Origin: the human T2T-CHM13v2.0 reference genome, Homo sapiens
Reading direction: 5' to 3' (one strand)
Assembly: GCF_009914755.1 (NCBI RefSeq)
Contig: NC_060928.1
DNA: 64,000 nt
Shown: positions 24,301-36,515 of the stretch, one piece after another
How positions within the stretch are numbered: position 1 is the first letter of the stretch
How the letters are laid out: each line of letters starts with the position of its first letter
Position numbers and translations under genes: made by a program
The notes under the pieces: generated by a model
Seen by the model: the letters and a program-made list of their open reading frames with translations, nothing else
Databases searched by the model: none
Told to the model about the DNA's origin: nothing

Positions 24301-26189
24301 ACAGATAATAATAATATCCCTTTAATAGGCAGGGAATCTGATATGAAAGAATATTAATTTAACATGCATTGTCATCTTTGCTGAATTTTTATCTAGGTTT
24401 TTAAATTTTTGGTACAATTAAAAATACCCCATACAACTTAAATTTGAATGCTTGGCTACCATGTTCGGCTACCATGTTCCTTGAAAGAAGATTATGGATC
24501 AGAGTTCTAATATTCAGAACTTATTACTTTGCTATTATTTCCTTTGGGTAGAAGTATTTGACAGGGTTTTGTGTAGACTACTAAAAAATGGCCACATTTT
24601 CTACATATATAATATTAATATTTTGGGAAAATTGTCTTCAATTTTACTTATAACTAAATAATTTTAACTATTACTTAATATACTAGAGAAAATGATTATA
24701 AGAATTTCCAGTAAATGTCATAAGCTTAAACTATTTCATAGGAAGGCAACAGGTTTATACTGCAATGTCTTGACCTAAACACAAATGAAAATATTTATGA
24801 AAAGAAACAGTACACAAAACTGCATTCAGAAAACTTGAAATAAAACACAAAAGATAATTTTTTTTTAAAGAAATGGTATAAAGTACCTTGAAATGGAAGA
24901 AAACTGTTGGAAAATAAATCAGAATGAAATTACATATCTACTTCAGGAGCTGGTTTAAAGAGCGTAGTCATTTTTATCTTTACGTAACTAGTGTCAAATA
25001 ATGAGTTTCCATAAAAAATAGTAAATGAAAAACCATTCTTCTAAGTTTGTCTTGTAACCTAGGTTAAAGATGGATAATGCCGATGGTCTCACATATTCAG
25101 GAGACAATATTCTACCTCTTGTTGGTTTCTCCTTTTTGTGCTGACAAGAAGTTTCTGCAAAGATGAAAAGTAAAAAGATAAAATAAAACATGGAAAACAA
25201 CATGTATGGAAAATGAATGAGCTGGGGAGAGATTCTGGGTGGGTCACTAAAAAAACTGCCTCCAGTAGCGGAGCAACTGCCTGCATTTGGCTGGATATGG
25301 TTGGGATAGATAGTAATCGTGGGCCAAAAATGTCAAGGTTTGGAACCAGAAATAAACTTACCTTATTAATAAATCTGACACTTATGAAGTTTGTGGTTTT
25401 GGACTATAAAATGGAAGACTTCAGTTGAGGTTTTGTAATAATTAGGTAGGTCTCTTGAGCATTATAAATAATGAATGTAATATACATAGTTATTTCTATA
25501 GGTATGTTGACAGTTATAATAACATATTTAAATAAGAATATAGTAGATATTAAACATGTTAAAATAGTATGGTTCAATTAATAAATGTATCACAAACTGA
25601 CTTCTGTGATGGATACATTTTATTTTTAAATGTTCATATAGCATACGAAATAAAATAATCATGTGCTTAGGCCACGAAAAATCTCAAAAATATTACCTAG
25701 ATTTGTTTCTAGTTTGTTACCCTATCAACAGCCTAGACCCGGACCCTGGAAATATATGTCAACTGGAAAATTGATATTGTCCCAGGATCCAAAATTGACA
25801 TATGGACTCAGTCGTCCTAAATTGTTGCAGGGTTTGTCAATTCATTGTTTTGCTATAATGTGGGATTTTGCTACTGTTCCTGGGTTTCCTTATCTGCTAG
25901 TGAGCCAAATTTTTATTAATAATATTCTAGTTATATGTCATTTTCTCTTCAAGAAGATATCAGAAATTTCATGGAAAAATTGTTGCATTGTTGTATCAAT
26001 TGACAAGCAATTGCAAAATTGCGAACACTATGCTGGTAAAACTACAGCTTGTGTGAAACCCAATCAAACTATGTCCCCAACCTAAGAAAATTCCTTGCGG
26101 TGGTCTTTAAATCTAAGCCTTTTTTTGTAAATGCATTTCAGCTTAGAGTTTGAAGATAAATTCAAATAGGAATCTTTTCTAATAACATT

Positions 26190-26325
26190 TACCTAGCGAA
26201 GTTGAACGCCATCTTCTATAGGCAGGCGGCTCCTCTGTGGGACTTAAACCAGATTCTTAGCTCCCCCGTAACGATCATTTCTTATAATTTGTATTTTTTG
26301 CTCTAAATTTTACTCTGGTAAGTGT
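26190..26325. promoter_or_regulatory. Candidate small promoter: CpG cluster, YY1-like motif, outward-facing splice donors
   Basis: 5 CpGs in ~80 bp; CGCCATCTT at 26207-26215; minus donor TAG|GTAAAT at 26193/26192; plus donor CTG|GTAAGT at 26317/26318. Confidence 0.3.
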
Positions 26326-27549
26326 GTCTATCATTCTTCCCTTGTTAATCTCAATACACCTTTTTTGAATTTGCATGTATGTCATTCTGTTGATTTCATT
26401 ATGTTATATGGTTTTGGAAAGAAATTCACATCCCTAGTTCCAGCTATGAACAATTATATTGACAGATAATTAGATGCCGACTGTTTGGAAAATAGTTAAA
26501 CATATATGTCTAACTTCAATATCTCAAAACTATTAAAGCTGTCAGCTGTACTATTGGAAATATATAATAAAATAGTAGCTCTAAAATAGAGAAACTAAAT
26601 AATAGCCACTATGCACACATATGTTCAAGTTAAGAATTATCTATAACATTGAAAGTAAATAGAAATGTCTTAAGTGGACTACTAAAGCATTTAGATTCCT
26701 TCTCTTTGGTAAGGAGTGCCAAGTAGATATAAGGTATTGTTTCCTATGCAATGAGAAAGAATATATATTACAAACATAATAATTTAAAAGAAATCAGAGA
26801 GCTATAGAATAAAGAAGTCTATGAACTAAAATTCTACAAAGTGATGAGCACTTGTAAGGTGAACTGATATTAAGTTATTTTATTCCCCGAGGCTGAGGCT
26901 TACCATAGGTACTATTGTAAACATATCAGTGGATTTTTTGACAGACTGGAATGTAGCAGTTCTTCAACACAGGGCCAATTTACTATGTGGGCATTTTTTA
27001 AAAATTATTATTCAGGGGGAGGGTGCCATGGATTTAGGGGGCTCATCTAGAAAAGTAGAGTAAGATTTCTTAGTTTAGTGATGCATATAGGTCAAAGTTA
27101 AGCTACTGGGATTCATTTGGTATAAATGCATAGTATATATCCCTCCAAAGATATTTTCTAGATATTAAACATGTAAAAAATACATTTAAAGACTAAGCAA
27201 TACATACTCTAAAGGCAGAATTTTAAGGGAAAAGAGTATCACTCTGATCTGAATCAGAGTTTCATGAGGACCTGAAGGAAGAAGAAGGTAGAGGAAGCTA
27301 GACAGAAAAATCTTCTGTAGTAGTCTGGTGTTTAAGTACCAAAATTCCACCAATGAGAAGAGGCTGCAAAAAAAAACAAACAAGAACAATAACAAAACAC
27401 CACCCAAAGAGAAAGCAACAAAGCCATACACATAAACTACAGTTCTGTTTGAGAACTAGGAAATGCTGTATGCAGATGGAAAAACAAGCCCGAAAGAATT
27501 AATTGCCATTATACTGATTCCATGAGAACTATTAGAAGAAGCTCATATA

Positions 27550-28900
27550 GAAACACTATGAAATAAAACAAAAGCTTGTATCTAAAGAAATAATCTGGAA
27601 ATGATAAAAATGTAGATAAATATAACTTTCTTCTTATTTATATTTGTTTTAAAAGAACACTGGGACTTTAAAGCAACATAAGTGACTCATTTCGCGGTTT
27701 ATAATATAGGCAAAAGTTAAACGCACAACAGTAGCATGGAGATTGAAGGAATTGTAAGTATACTGTATTAAGATTTTTGTAATATACATGGGCAGTGGTA
27801 TAATACTATTTGAGGAGAAAATGTGATAATTCAAACATATAAGATGTAAACCCTAGTGTATAATCACTCAGCCAATAGCACACATAAAATAGAATCATAA
27901 TAAAATATACCATCTGAAGTATAGAGAAAAAGGAAAAATAAGAAATAAAGAAGAGATAAAACAAGTAGTAAAGAACTGACAAAATGTTGGGTAGATTTAA
28001 GTCAATTATAGCAATAATTAGACCAAATTAAATGGTACAGATTTCAAATTTTAAAGACAGAGCATGTAATATTTGATTTAAAAATCAAGCTTCATCTCTA
28101 AGCTGCCTCCAAGAAATCACCTTTAGCTAGATATTTAACTAGAGGTTTAAAAAGAATGGAAAAATACGGATCATGCAGTCATTAATTAGGAGACAGACAA
28201 ATTGGCTTTATTAAGATCAGAAGATGCAGGCTTCAGAACAGTAGGGATGAAAAGGGTGTTCACATAAGAAGTCAATTCACCATTAATACATAGTAATCCT
28301 AAATGTGTATTAACCTAATACAGAGATTCTATATTCATAAGGCAAAAACCATGTGAAACTGAAATGAAACAGAGAAGTATACAATTACAGTTGGAAACTT
28401 CGCTATTCCCTTCCCAGTAATTGATAGAACAGTTAGCCAGAATATCATCAAGAATATATAAGATCTCAGCAGTATTATCAATCAGCTTGGCCTAATTGAC
28501 ATCTATTGAATATTCCACTCAAGAGCATCAGGGAAACTATTCATTTTAGTGTGCAAGGAACATTAACTAAAATAAAACATATTCTGAGGCATCAAACAAA
28601 TGTTGACATAGTTTTAAAAAGTGAAATCACACCAAGTATCAGCTCTAATTAGATTGAAAGTAAACTAAAAAACAGTGTTAGAAAGATAATCTTGATGTAA
28701 TCTTGGAAAAATCACCAAATCTAGGGAAACAAACAATATACTTTTAAATTTAACCTGTGTATCAAACAAAAAGTCACAAGAGAAATCATATCATATTTAA
28801 AATTTAATAAAAATAGAAACAACATTTTGAAATTTGCGGCTAAACGATTTCTTGGGTGGAACTTTATGGTGTTAAATATTATATTTCCAATGAATCTAGA
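27550..28900 (+). mobile_element. Old L1M inter-ORF region and ORF2 endonuclease fossil
   Basis: GCTGCCTCCAAGAAATCACCTT (CCLQETH-like), ATCCTAAATGTGTAT (ILNVY), CAATTACAGTTGGAAACTTC (IIVGDF-like), CTAATTGACATCTAT (LIDIY). Confidence 0.8.
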
Positions 28901-29271
28901 TATAAAACCCTTAATGAAAGGAAGATTATGTATGTGTACATATATATATTTCATATCAAACACTTTCATGGTTCTAACTTTCTCAGAAATTGTAGCCAAG
29001 AACACTGTCATGGGTATTATTTCTGGCATCTCATAGGTAACCAAAGATACATTTCATATGGACCCAGTTGATTTCAAGATAGGTAAGTATTAAACATATC
29101 CATTCTTCTTCTGTTTAACTATATTACATTAAATTTTATGGTCTACCTAAAAGCTTATAGATCTGTGTCATTCTACAGAACCTGTGTCATTTGAATTTTC
29201 TCTTATATTTTTACTTTTCTTCAAAAGAAAGAAATGCATAGGTGTAGTAAACTATTTTTTAAAAGCTGTAT

Positions 29272-29757
29272 TTTTAAGTGAATCTTTGAATTTTGACATA
29301 CGTATAAACCCATGAAATTACCACCCAGAGCAAGTTACAGAAAATTATAAGCACCCCAAAGGCATGCTTATGCTTCCTTCCAGTAAGTAAAATTCTCAAA
29401 ATAGAAACAATATAACATCTATCACGATTGATTGGTTTTGTCCATTCTTGAAATTCATGTGTGGAATTATGCAATATACACTCTTTTGTGCCTGGTGTAT
29501 TTTTGTTAAACACAGTAGTTGTGAAATTCTCCCATGTTGTTGATTCATCAGTTGCTGGTTCTTTATGATTATTACTGTGATCTATCATTCTACAATAAAA
29601 ATATAGCTCAAATTATTTTTCTCTTCTCTTGTTTACTAATGCTTGAATTACTTCTAATATTTACCTAATAAAGCTATTATAAACACACTGCTATAATTAT
29701 TTTGTAGTCATAGGTAACAAATTCTCTTGAACATATATGTAGGTGTGCAATTGCTTG
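29272..29757 (-). mobile_element. Old L1 (L1ME/L1MD-like) 3' end
   Basis: GAATTTTGACATACGTATAAACCCATGAAATTACCACCCAG ... TTGAAATTCATGTGTGGAATTATGCAATATACACTCTTTTGTGCCTGG. Confidence 0.7.
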
Positions 29758-29774
29758 ATTAAAGAACTAGCCTA

Positions 29775-30032
29775 GTCCGGGAGTGGTGGCTGACAACTGT
29801 AATCCCAGCACTTTGGGAGGCTGAGGTGGGTGTATCACCTGGCAGGAGTTCGCACCAGCCTGGCCAACATGGTGAAACCCCATCTCTACTAAAAATACAA
29901 AAATTAGCCAGGCATGGTGGTGGGTGCCTGTAATCCCAGCTGCTCGGGAGGCTGAGGCAGGAGAATCGCTTGAACCCAGGAGTCAGTGGTTGCTGTGAGC
30001 TGAGACCGCACCGTTGCACTCCGTCCTATGCA
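29775..30032 (+). mobile_element. AluS, 3'-truncated (no A-tail)
   Basis: Left and right monomers present to TTGCACTCCGTCCT, then an abrupt junction to a MaLR LTR. Confidence 0.9.
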
Positions 30033-30035
30033 TAG

Positions 30036-30298
30036 TTTATTAGTCCATTTTCACACTGCTATAAAGAACCACCTGAGACTGGGTAATTTATAAAGAAAAG
30101 AAGATTAATTAACTCACAGTTCCGCATGGCTGGGGAGGCCTCAGGAAGCTCACAGTCACGTAGTGGGCAAAGGAGAAGCAAGGTAGGCCTTACATGGTGG
30201 CAGGAGAGACAGAGCCAGGGGAACATACTTTTGAACCATCAGATCTCGTGAGAACTCACTCACCATCACGAGAACAGGAAAACTGCCCTCATGATCCT
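30036..30298 (-). mobile_element. MaLR LTR, THE1D/MSTA-like (partial)
   Basis: TATTAGTCCATTTTCACACTGCTATAAAGAAC.ACCTGAGACTGGGTAATTTATAAAGAAAAGA..AACTCACAGTTCCGCATGGCTGGGGAGGCCTCAGGAA. Confidence 0.85.
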
Positions 30299-32401
30299 AT
30301 ATATATGTACACACATTCACACACATATATGTGTGTATATATTTATATGACATTATATAAGTATACATACACATACATAAGACATTATATATAATGTCTA
30401 CTATTTCACCGTTTCAGCAAAGTTTGTACCACATCACATTTGTGATCTCCATCATATACATTAACAACTTAATTTTATTCATGTTTCTTTATGATTCAAT
30501 TAAATTTAAGTACCTAAAATATTTTTGAGATACCAGGCTTAAACTGCCACATATATATGACTAAGAAAAATACTTTTATATTTTGCATGTATATAATGAC
30601 TTTTAAAAAGTCAGAGGCTTTTTAGTGTACTAATTAGGGCTACAGTTCTCAGAAGGCACTTCATTGTACATCCTTAATCAAAGTTGGATTAAGAGAGAGG
30701 AGTGAGTGACAATTTTAATATTCTGTTTACCTAGGAAGGGGTGACTAGTTAAATCTGGGCTTCTTCTGCCTTCTCCAGGTTAGGTTTGAATTTATAAAGC
30801 TCATAACCAATTGTTGAATAACGCAAACTTGCCTTTCAACTTCATATTTTAATTAACTTGAACCAACATTTGGAACTTCTCACACTCTGCTAAACCCTGG
30901 GTTGAATAACTATACGTGTCATGTTTCAAATTAATAGTAGTATAAAACTCAAGAGAGCAGATGCAAAAGTACTGTTGAGTATGTTAGGAAGTGGTTGAAC
31001 TGATGAGCAACTGAGTAGATAGCATGATTATGTCAGCCTTCTGCTATCAGTTTCTTGGCTAGTTCCATAGAATACTAAGCTGATATTAAAGTTGAAAATT
31101 GTTTCCTTTTCTTACTGTCTTAAACCTAACTTAAGTGCTGGTTTCCTGTGGTTACCACCTGGCTCTCCATGAATCATATTCAGACTAGAGGAGCATAGAT
31201 TGCAGGATTTAATTTGAAGTGTGATGATAGTTTAAAATATACAAAAATCATCAAGTTCCCAGAAAAAGTCAACCATAAAAAAACTTGCATTTTATTTCTA
31301 TCAAACTTTTAAAAGGAAGATAAAGTAAATGTACTATATGTGTTTAATAATTTTATTTTATTCATTCTCACTTCCAAATTTACACCCAGAAACAGGTAAA
31401 TTTTAATTATAGGTTTGAATTGTAATGAAATCAGGACTCTCAGTGTGGTCCAACTAATGAGAAATGAACCAACGACTTTGAAAGTATTCTTATGATTTGG
31501 GTTAAATAATTAGTGATTTCTAGTTAGAGTTGTAATTTGGTCAATTGTACTGCTCACATGAGTTCATGATTTGAGATTGTCTCATTTGCTGTGATCTAAG
31601 TGGAGTTAATGTTTGATTAAATAGATTTCTGCAAAATAGTAAATGATTGTTTAATTAAACCAACAAGAGAAATATTGCTAATGTAGATCAAGTTATAGGT
31701 TTTTGTGAAATAAAACCTTTTTGTGCAATTATTATATGTTCTTCACTCTCGAATATGAACTTACCCATGCATTCAAATTTTGCATGTTAGGAACACTGAG
31801 AAAATACATTCTCGATTTACCTTCACGTAATAAAAAATTTGACTTTGTGTTTAGGCACTATTCCAGTATTGTGGTGTATCACTAAGACTTCCTAGAGATT
31901 ATATGTTTTCTTTAAAAGTTATGTTTGTTTCCATTATTATATGATGAAAAAGTGCAACTTGAATACATAAATAGTGTGCAAAGCAGTTTCTTCCTCTGAT
32001 CTGAACTTTTGCTCTCCTCATGATGATTTGATTCTTACTAGTCAAAGACAGACACAATAGACTATACTTACTTTTATTTAAGTACAAGTAGTCTAGAAAT
32101 TCTATGCAAACATAAGAGGTAGAATTTTTTTCTTGAAAAACTCTAACCATAGGTACAAGAAATAGAAAAGCTTTTATACATTCAGTGGGTATTCTACAAA
32201 GGGTACACGCACACATACACACATACAAAGAGATGATCATATTTACTTTCCCTTATAACTGCAACCACAAGGCATTTCTTCCTAGAAATGCATGTAAAGG
32301 AACAGAAACTAAATGATTGTGAAAATTATCTGAGAGTTATTTCTGGGATTCTAATAGATAAAAATTTTTAATCATATTGCATAATCACAAAATTCGCCAC
32401 T

Positions 32402-32953
32402 TGTGATTGTTAATATTGAGTGCCAACTTCATTAGATTGAAGAATGAAAATATTGTTCCTAGGTGTACCTGTGAGGGTGTTGCCCAAGGAGATTAACATT
32501 TGAGTCAGAGGACTGGGAGAAGCAGACCCACACTCAATCTGGGTGGACACCATCTAATCAGCTGCCAGCACGGCTAGAATAAAGCAGGCAAAAGAAGGTG
32601 GAAAGAGCAGACTGGCTGAGTCTTCTGGCCTCCATCTTTCTCTCGTGCTGGATGTTCCTGTCCTCAAACATCAGACTCCAAGTTCTTCAGCTTTTGGACT
32701 CTTGGACCTACACCAGTGGTTTGCCAGGGGCTCTTGGGCCTTTAGCCCCAGACTAAAGACTACATTTTTTTTTTCGGCTTTCCTACTTTTCAGATGTGGG
32801 GACTTGGACTGGATTCCTTCCTCCTTAGATTGCAGACGGCCAACTGTGGGACTTCATCTTGTGATTGTGTGAGTCGATACTTCTCAATAAACTCTCCTTC
32901 ATATACATATCTGTCCTATTAGCTCTGTCCCTCTAGAGAACCTGACTAGTACA
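32402..32953 (+). mobile_element. HERV-L solo LTR, MLT2A2-like, full length
   Basis: TGTGATTGTTAATATTGAGTGCCAACTT ... TCTGTCCCTCTAGAGAACCTGACTAGTACA; perfect 5-bp TSD CCACT (32397-32401 / 32954-32958). Confidence 0.9.
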
Positions 32954-34234
32954 CCACTAATGTTTTTACTCATGAGGAAATGTAAATGTGAAACAGAATT
33001 CAAGAATCAATGCTCACAAAAAATGTAAGTTAATAAATAATGAAGTTTTAGTAGAAATATTGAATCCCCATTAGGAAAGAAATTATTGTAATCTTGGCAA
33101 AACTATACACCATTAAATGTAAAGGAAAAAAGTCATTAAGAGCTCATTAAATACACTTTACTTACAGTATTGCTTTAACAGCAGGCTGTCATGCACTTCC
33201 AAAATAAATGCTAATAGATATAAAATACTAAATAATTCCAGAGCCAAAATGTAATTTAGATCTCTCTTCCAACAAGATGTTGTTCATAAATAGTACATGA
33301 GACACCATCTATCTAACCCTTTATTATTAAACATGATTTAATTAATTTCAAATTCTAAATGCCTTGTTAATTTTCCTGTAATCTTTAACTCTGTATAGGG
33401 TATTTAGTTATGCTGTATACTCTAAGCATAGATCTACTATGTGTGCATTTTTCAAATTATCAACAACACTCTTTTAATAAAGCTTAGTGATGATATCTTA
33501 TATTATACCATAAAAAATGAGATAGTAAAATAAATATGACTTGTCTAAGCAACTCTGTCAGGTTATTAGGTAATGCTATGTTGTGTTTTAAGTTACCCCA
33601 AATGGAATATTTGGCGATTCTTAACTTCGTCTACTGTAAATTAAATTGCTCTTCAGGGTGCTATATGGCATCCCTTGCTTCTTTTGGGGGCAAATCTTCA
33701 ATTCTTCAATAATTTTACCAAGACAAATAAAACTTTCAGTAAATCCATTGTTTAAATTTGGTGAAAAGTCAGATTTCTTTACACATTGTATATCAAATGT
33801 AAAATAATATATCAATGTGATTCTTTTTATAAAATACCATTATTGCCAATGGTTTTTAATAGTTCACTGTTTGAAAGAGACCATCAGCATGTGTATATAG
33901 CTGTAAAGTTTACAAGGAACTTAATTCCATTTAAATACCAAATATATGCAAATGTATTCTGATTAATCATTATATTCCTAGTGTAGAGTGTCTTTTTTAT
34001 TTGCCACATTGCCATCTTGTCTAATTACAGGGCAGATATTTTGTTAAAACTATACACTAACATGCTATCACAGAAAGCTGGACATTCAGTTGCCATAGTA
34101 TCCCATTCATGTTAGCAATTAATTTATCTAAAATTTGAAACTTTCTTTATAATCTCCTGAAGTTAAAGCCTTTATTACCTTGCAGAAAAATATTTATTAA
34201 ATCCTTAATATGTACCCAAACTGGAATTAGGTAA

Positions 34235-34395
34235 TCTGCATATAATGTTACTATAAAGTAAATTCAATTATCTTTATTTTACAACTAATGCAACGTGGAA
34301 TGTGAGACTAAGATTGAACACATTTGTTATTATTCATTAAATACAGGATTCAAACTCAGATCTAACTTTAGTAACTATGTTTTTCTTACCACAGA
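34235..34395 (-). mobile_element. MIR fragment
   Basis: ATTATCTTTATTTTACA ... CAGGATTCAAACTCAGATCTAACT core-like motifs. Confidence 0.5.
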
Positions 34396-35504
34396 TTAAT
34401 CACCACATGAATTTAAAAACTGGGTATCCTAGACGTATACAAAGTAGAAATCAAAATATTAAAATATTTATTGAACAGGTATTTCTAAAACGTCACTGTT
34501 TATAAGAAATAAGAATTTTTTTCAAAAAACCCTTTGTCCAAAGTATATGTTTGATTTATATAGGTAAAAACCTACTGTTTTGACAGAACAAAAAATAAAT
34601 GCATTTTCAGTACTGAGGTCTCAAGTTAAAATGAGCTTCTTAGGATCTCTTGCAGATGCATTTGAGGCTAGCTAAAACAGTGTTTTTGCCTTATCTTGAT
34701 CTCATTATGCTGCATATGTACTCAATCTACTGTCTTCTATTGACAGTTGTCTTTTTCTTTAGCCATATGAGATCTATTCTTATATCAAACTCCGTATTGT
34801 TAACGTGATTACGTTTACTTATATTTTTAACGCAATACAGTTGCAACCTCAGAATTATTTTGTCTGATACTTGCTCAGTATTTTTCTATCTTGAAAAACC
34901 TCTCTACCTCCTTTTTTAAGTGTTTTAAATGCAGTCACTGCATTTAAGAACTTGTGACTATGTAAAATCTACTTTCCTTATCTATTAATGCATGAATTTA
35001 AATTATATTATTAAATTTCCATATTATTAGTACTTATTTTATCATTTTATTTCATGTGTCCTATTTACTGAATTTAATATTTGAATAATAGTTTTTCTTG
35101 TAAGATTTCTTTTGGATGATACGTGTTTTGTTCTGCTAAATTGAAATTTGTACTTTGTACTTTTTCTTTGTTCATAGTCTTTAACTGTAGCGTCATACCC
35201 CACATCTCTTTACCACTAGTGAGTTAAGATTATCAGCAACTGTATTGTCTTCCTAACATTATAAAATATTTTAAAAAGGTTTCATGTTTGTTTGGCTCCT
35301 CAACTCCTCATTTTACCAACTGGAAGCAAACACACTCCAATATACACTTTTAATTCATTACACTGAACCTGAGAAAACAAAAAGTTTAAGTATACTTTTA
35401 AATGAAACTACAAATTAGAAGAGTAAACCAGGGTAAATGATTTTCAAATCAGTAAAAGAAGGTGAACTCAATACAAAATGCCTCTTTCTATTCTTTAAAA
35501 AGCT

Positions 35505-35830
35505 TCATTAAAATATAATTGACATACAGTCCTTAAGTCCCAAGTTTCGTGGTGTCTCTTTGCAATCCCCCTTGCTGCTCTTTCTTGCCCTCTCCCCTAT
35601 TGTTAGATAACACCTGATTTGCTTTCTGTCACTGTACATTAGTTTGTACATTCTGGAATTTTCTACAAATGGAATAAATATAGCCTTTTTTTTTTCACTT
35701 AGCATCATTATCTTGAGAATTATTCATGTTGTTATACCAATAGATCATTTGTTTTTATTCCAGAACAGTATTTCATTGTTCTAGAATAGGATATACCATA
35801 ATTTATTGATCCAATCACATGATAATGCAC
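35505..35830 (-). mobile_element. Old L1 (L1ME-like) 3' UTR
   Basis: TTTGCTTTCTGTCACTGTACATTAGTTTGTACATTCTGGAATTTTCTACAAATGGAAT, TTCACTTAGCATCATTATCTTGAGAATTATTCATGTTGTT. Confidence 0.75.
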
Positions 35831-35833
35831 ATT

Positions 35834-36065
35834 AATGAGATAGCACTGTGTGCCTAGTGGAATGGCTAAAATTAAGCTTGACCACATTGAGTGTCTGTGA
35901 GGATATGGGGAAACTCAGACACCGCTGGTGGAAATATAAAATACTACAATCACATTGGAAACCAATTTGATGGTTTCATTAAAAGTTAAACATTACCTAC
36001 CATATCATCCAGGTAGTTTACTCCAATGTTAAGAGAAAAGAAAGCATATTTCCCTTCAAAGACAA
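35834..36065 (+). mobile_element. Old L1 ORF2 C-terminal segment, opposite orientation to the adjacent fragment
   Basis: AATGAGATAGCAC..GAATGGCTAAAATT..GTGAGGATATGGGGAAACTC..GCTGGTGGAAATATAAAAT..AAAAGTTAAACAT. Confidence 0.75.
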
Positions 36066-36422
36066 TATAATACTCTTAAATTTGATTCCAAAATTACACT
36101 GCTTGCTATTCACAAGAACTGCACATTCAACAGAACTGCAGCAGAGTCAAAATAATCAAAGGCATGTATAGATGAGGATTAAAATAATATAAAAAATAGC
36201 ATGCATGACGTTTCAAGAAAATGCAGAGTAAATAAAATTTCATTTTAAAAAGTACATTAAACAATACAGACTGAGCCATCTAATGCATTTAAAACCTCTT
36301 GATGACATTATAATTAGAGAGCAGGTAAAAAGGCAATGATGGGCATAAAAGCACTCCTCCTGCAAGAAAATAAATTAGAATAAAACATAAAGTGAAAATG
36401 AAAACAAATTATTTTAAGAGAG

Positions 36423-36515
36423 GATTACCACACTTTTCTATGCATTGAAATTACCTAGGGAGCTTTTAAAAAATCCTGATGTCCATGTCACACCCACACC
36501 AGTTTTATCAGAATG
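36423..36515. mobile_element. MER5-like hAT MITE fragment
   Basis: TGCATTGAAATTACCTAGGGAGCTTTTAAAAAATCCTGATGTCC..CACACC..TCAGAAT. Confidence 0.6.

Noticed and set aside
25663-26085. 140-aa plus-strand ORF in apparently unique DNA
   Set aside because: GTG start, AT-rich codons, no recognisable domain; length is compatible with chance in 64 kb
33730-33960. Stretch with a 3'-UTR-like look and an ATGCAAAT octamer, as a processed-pseudogene fragment
   Set aside because: No poly-A tail, TSD or coding homology visible; cannot be supported without a BLAST search
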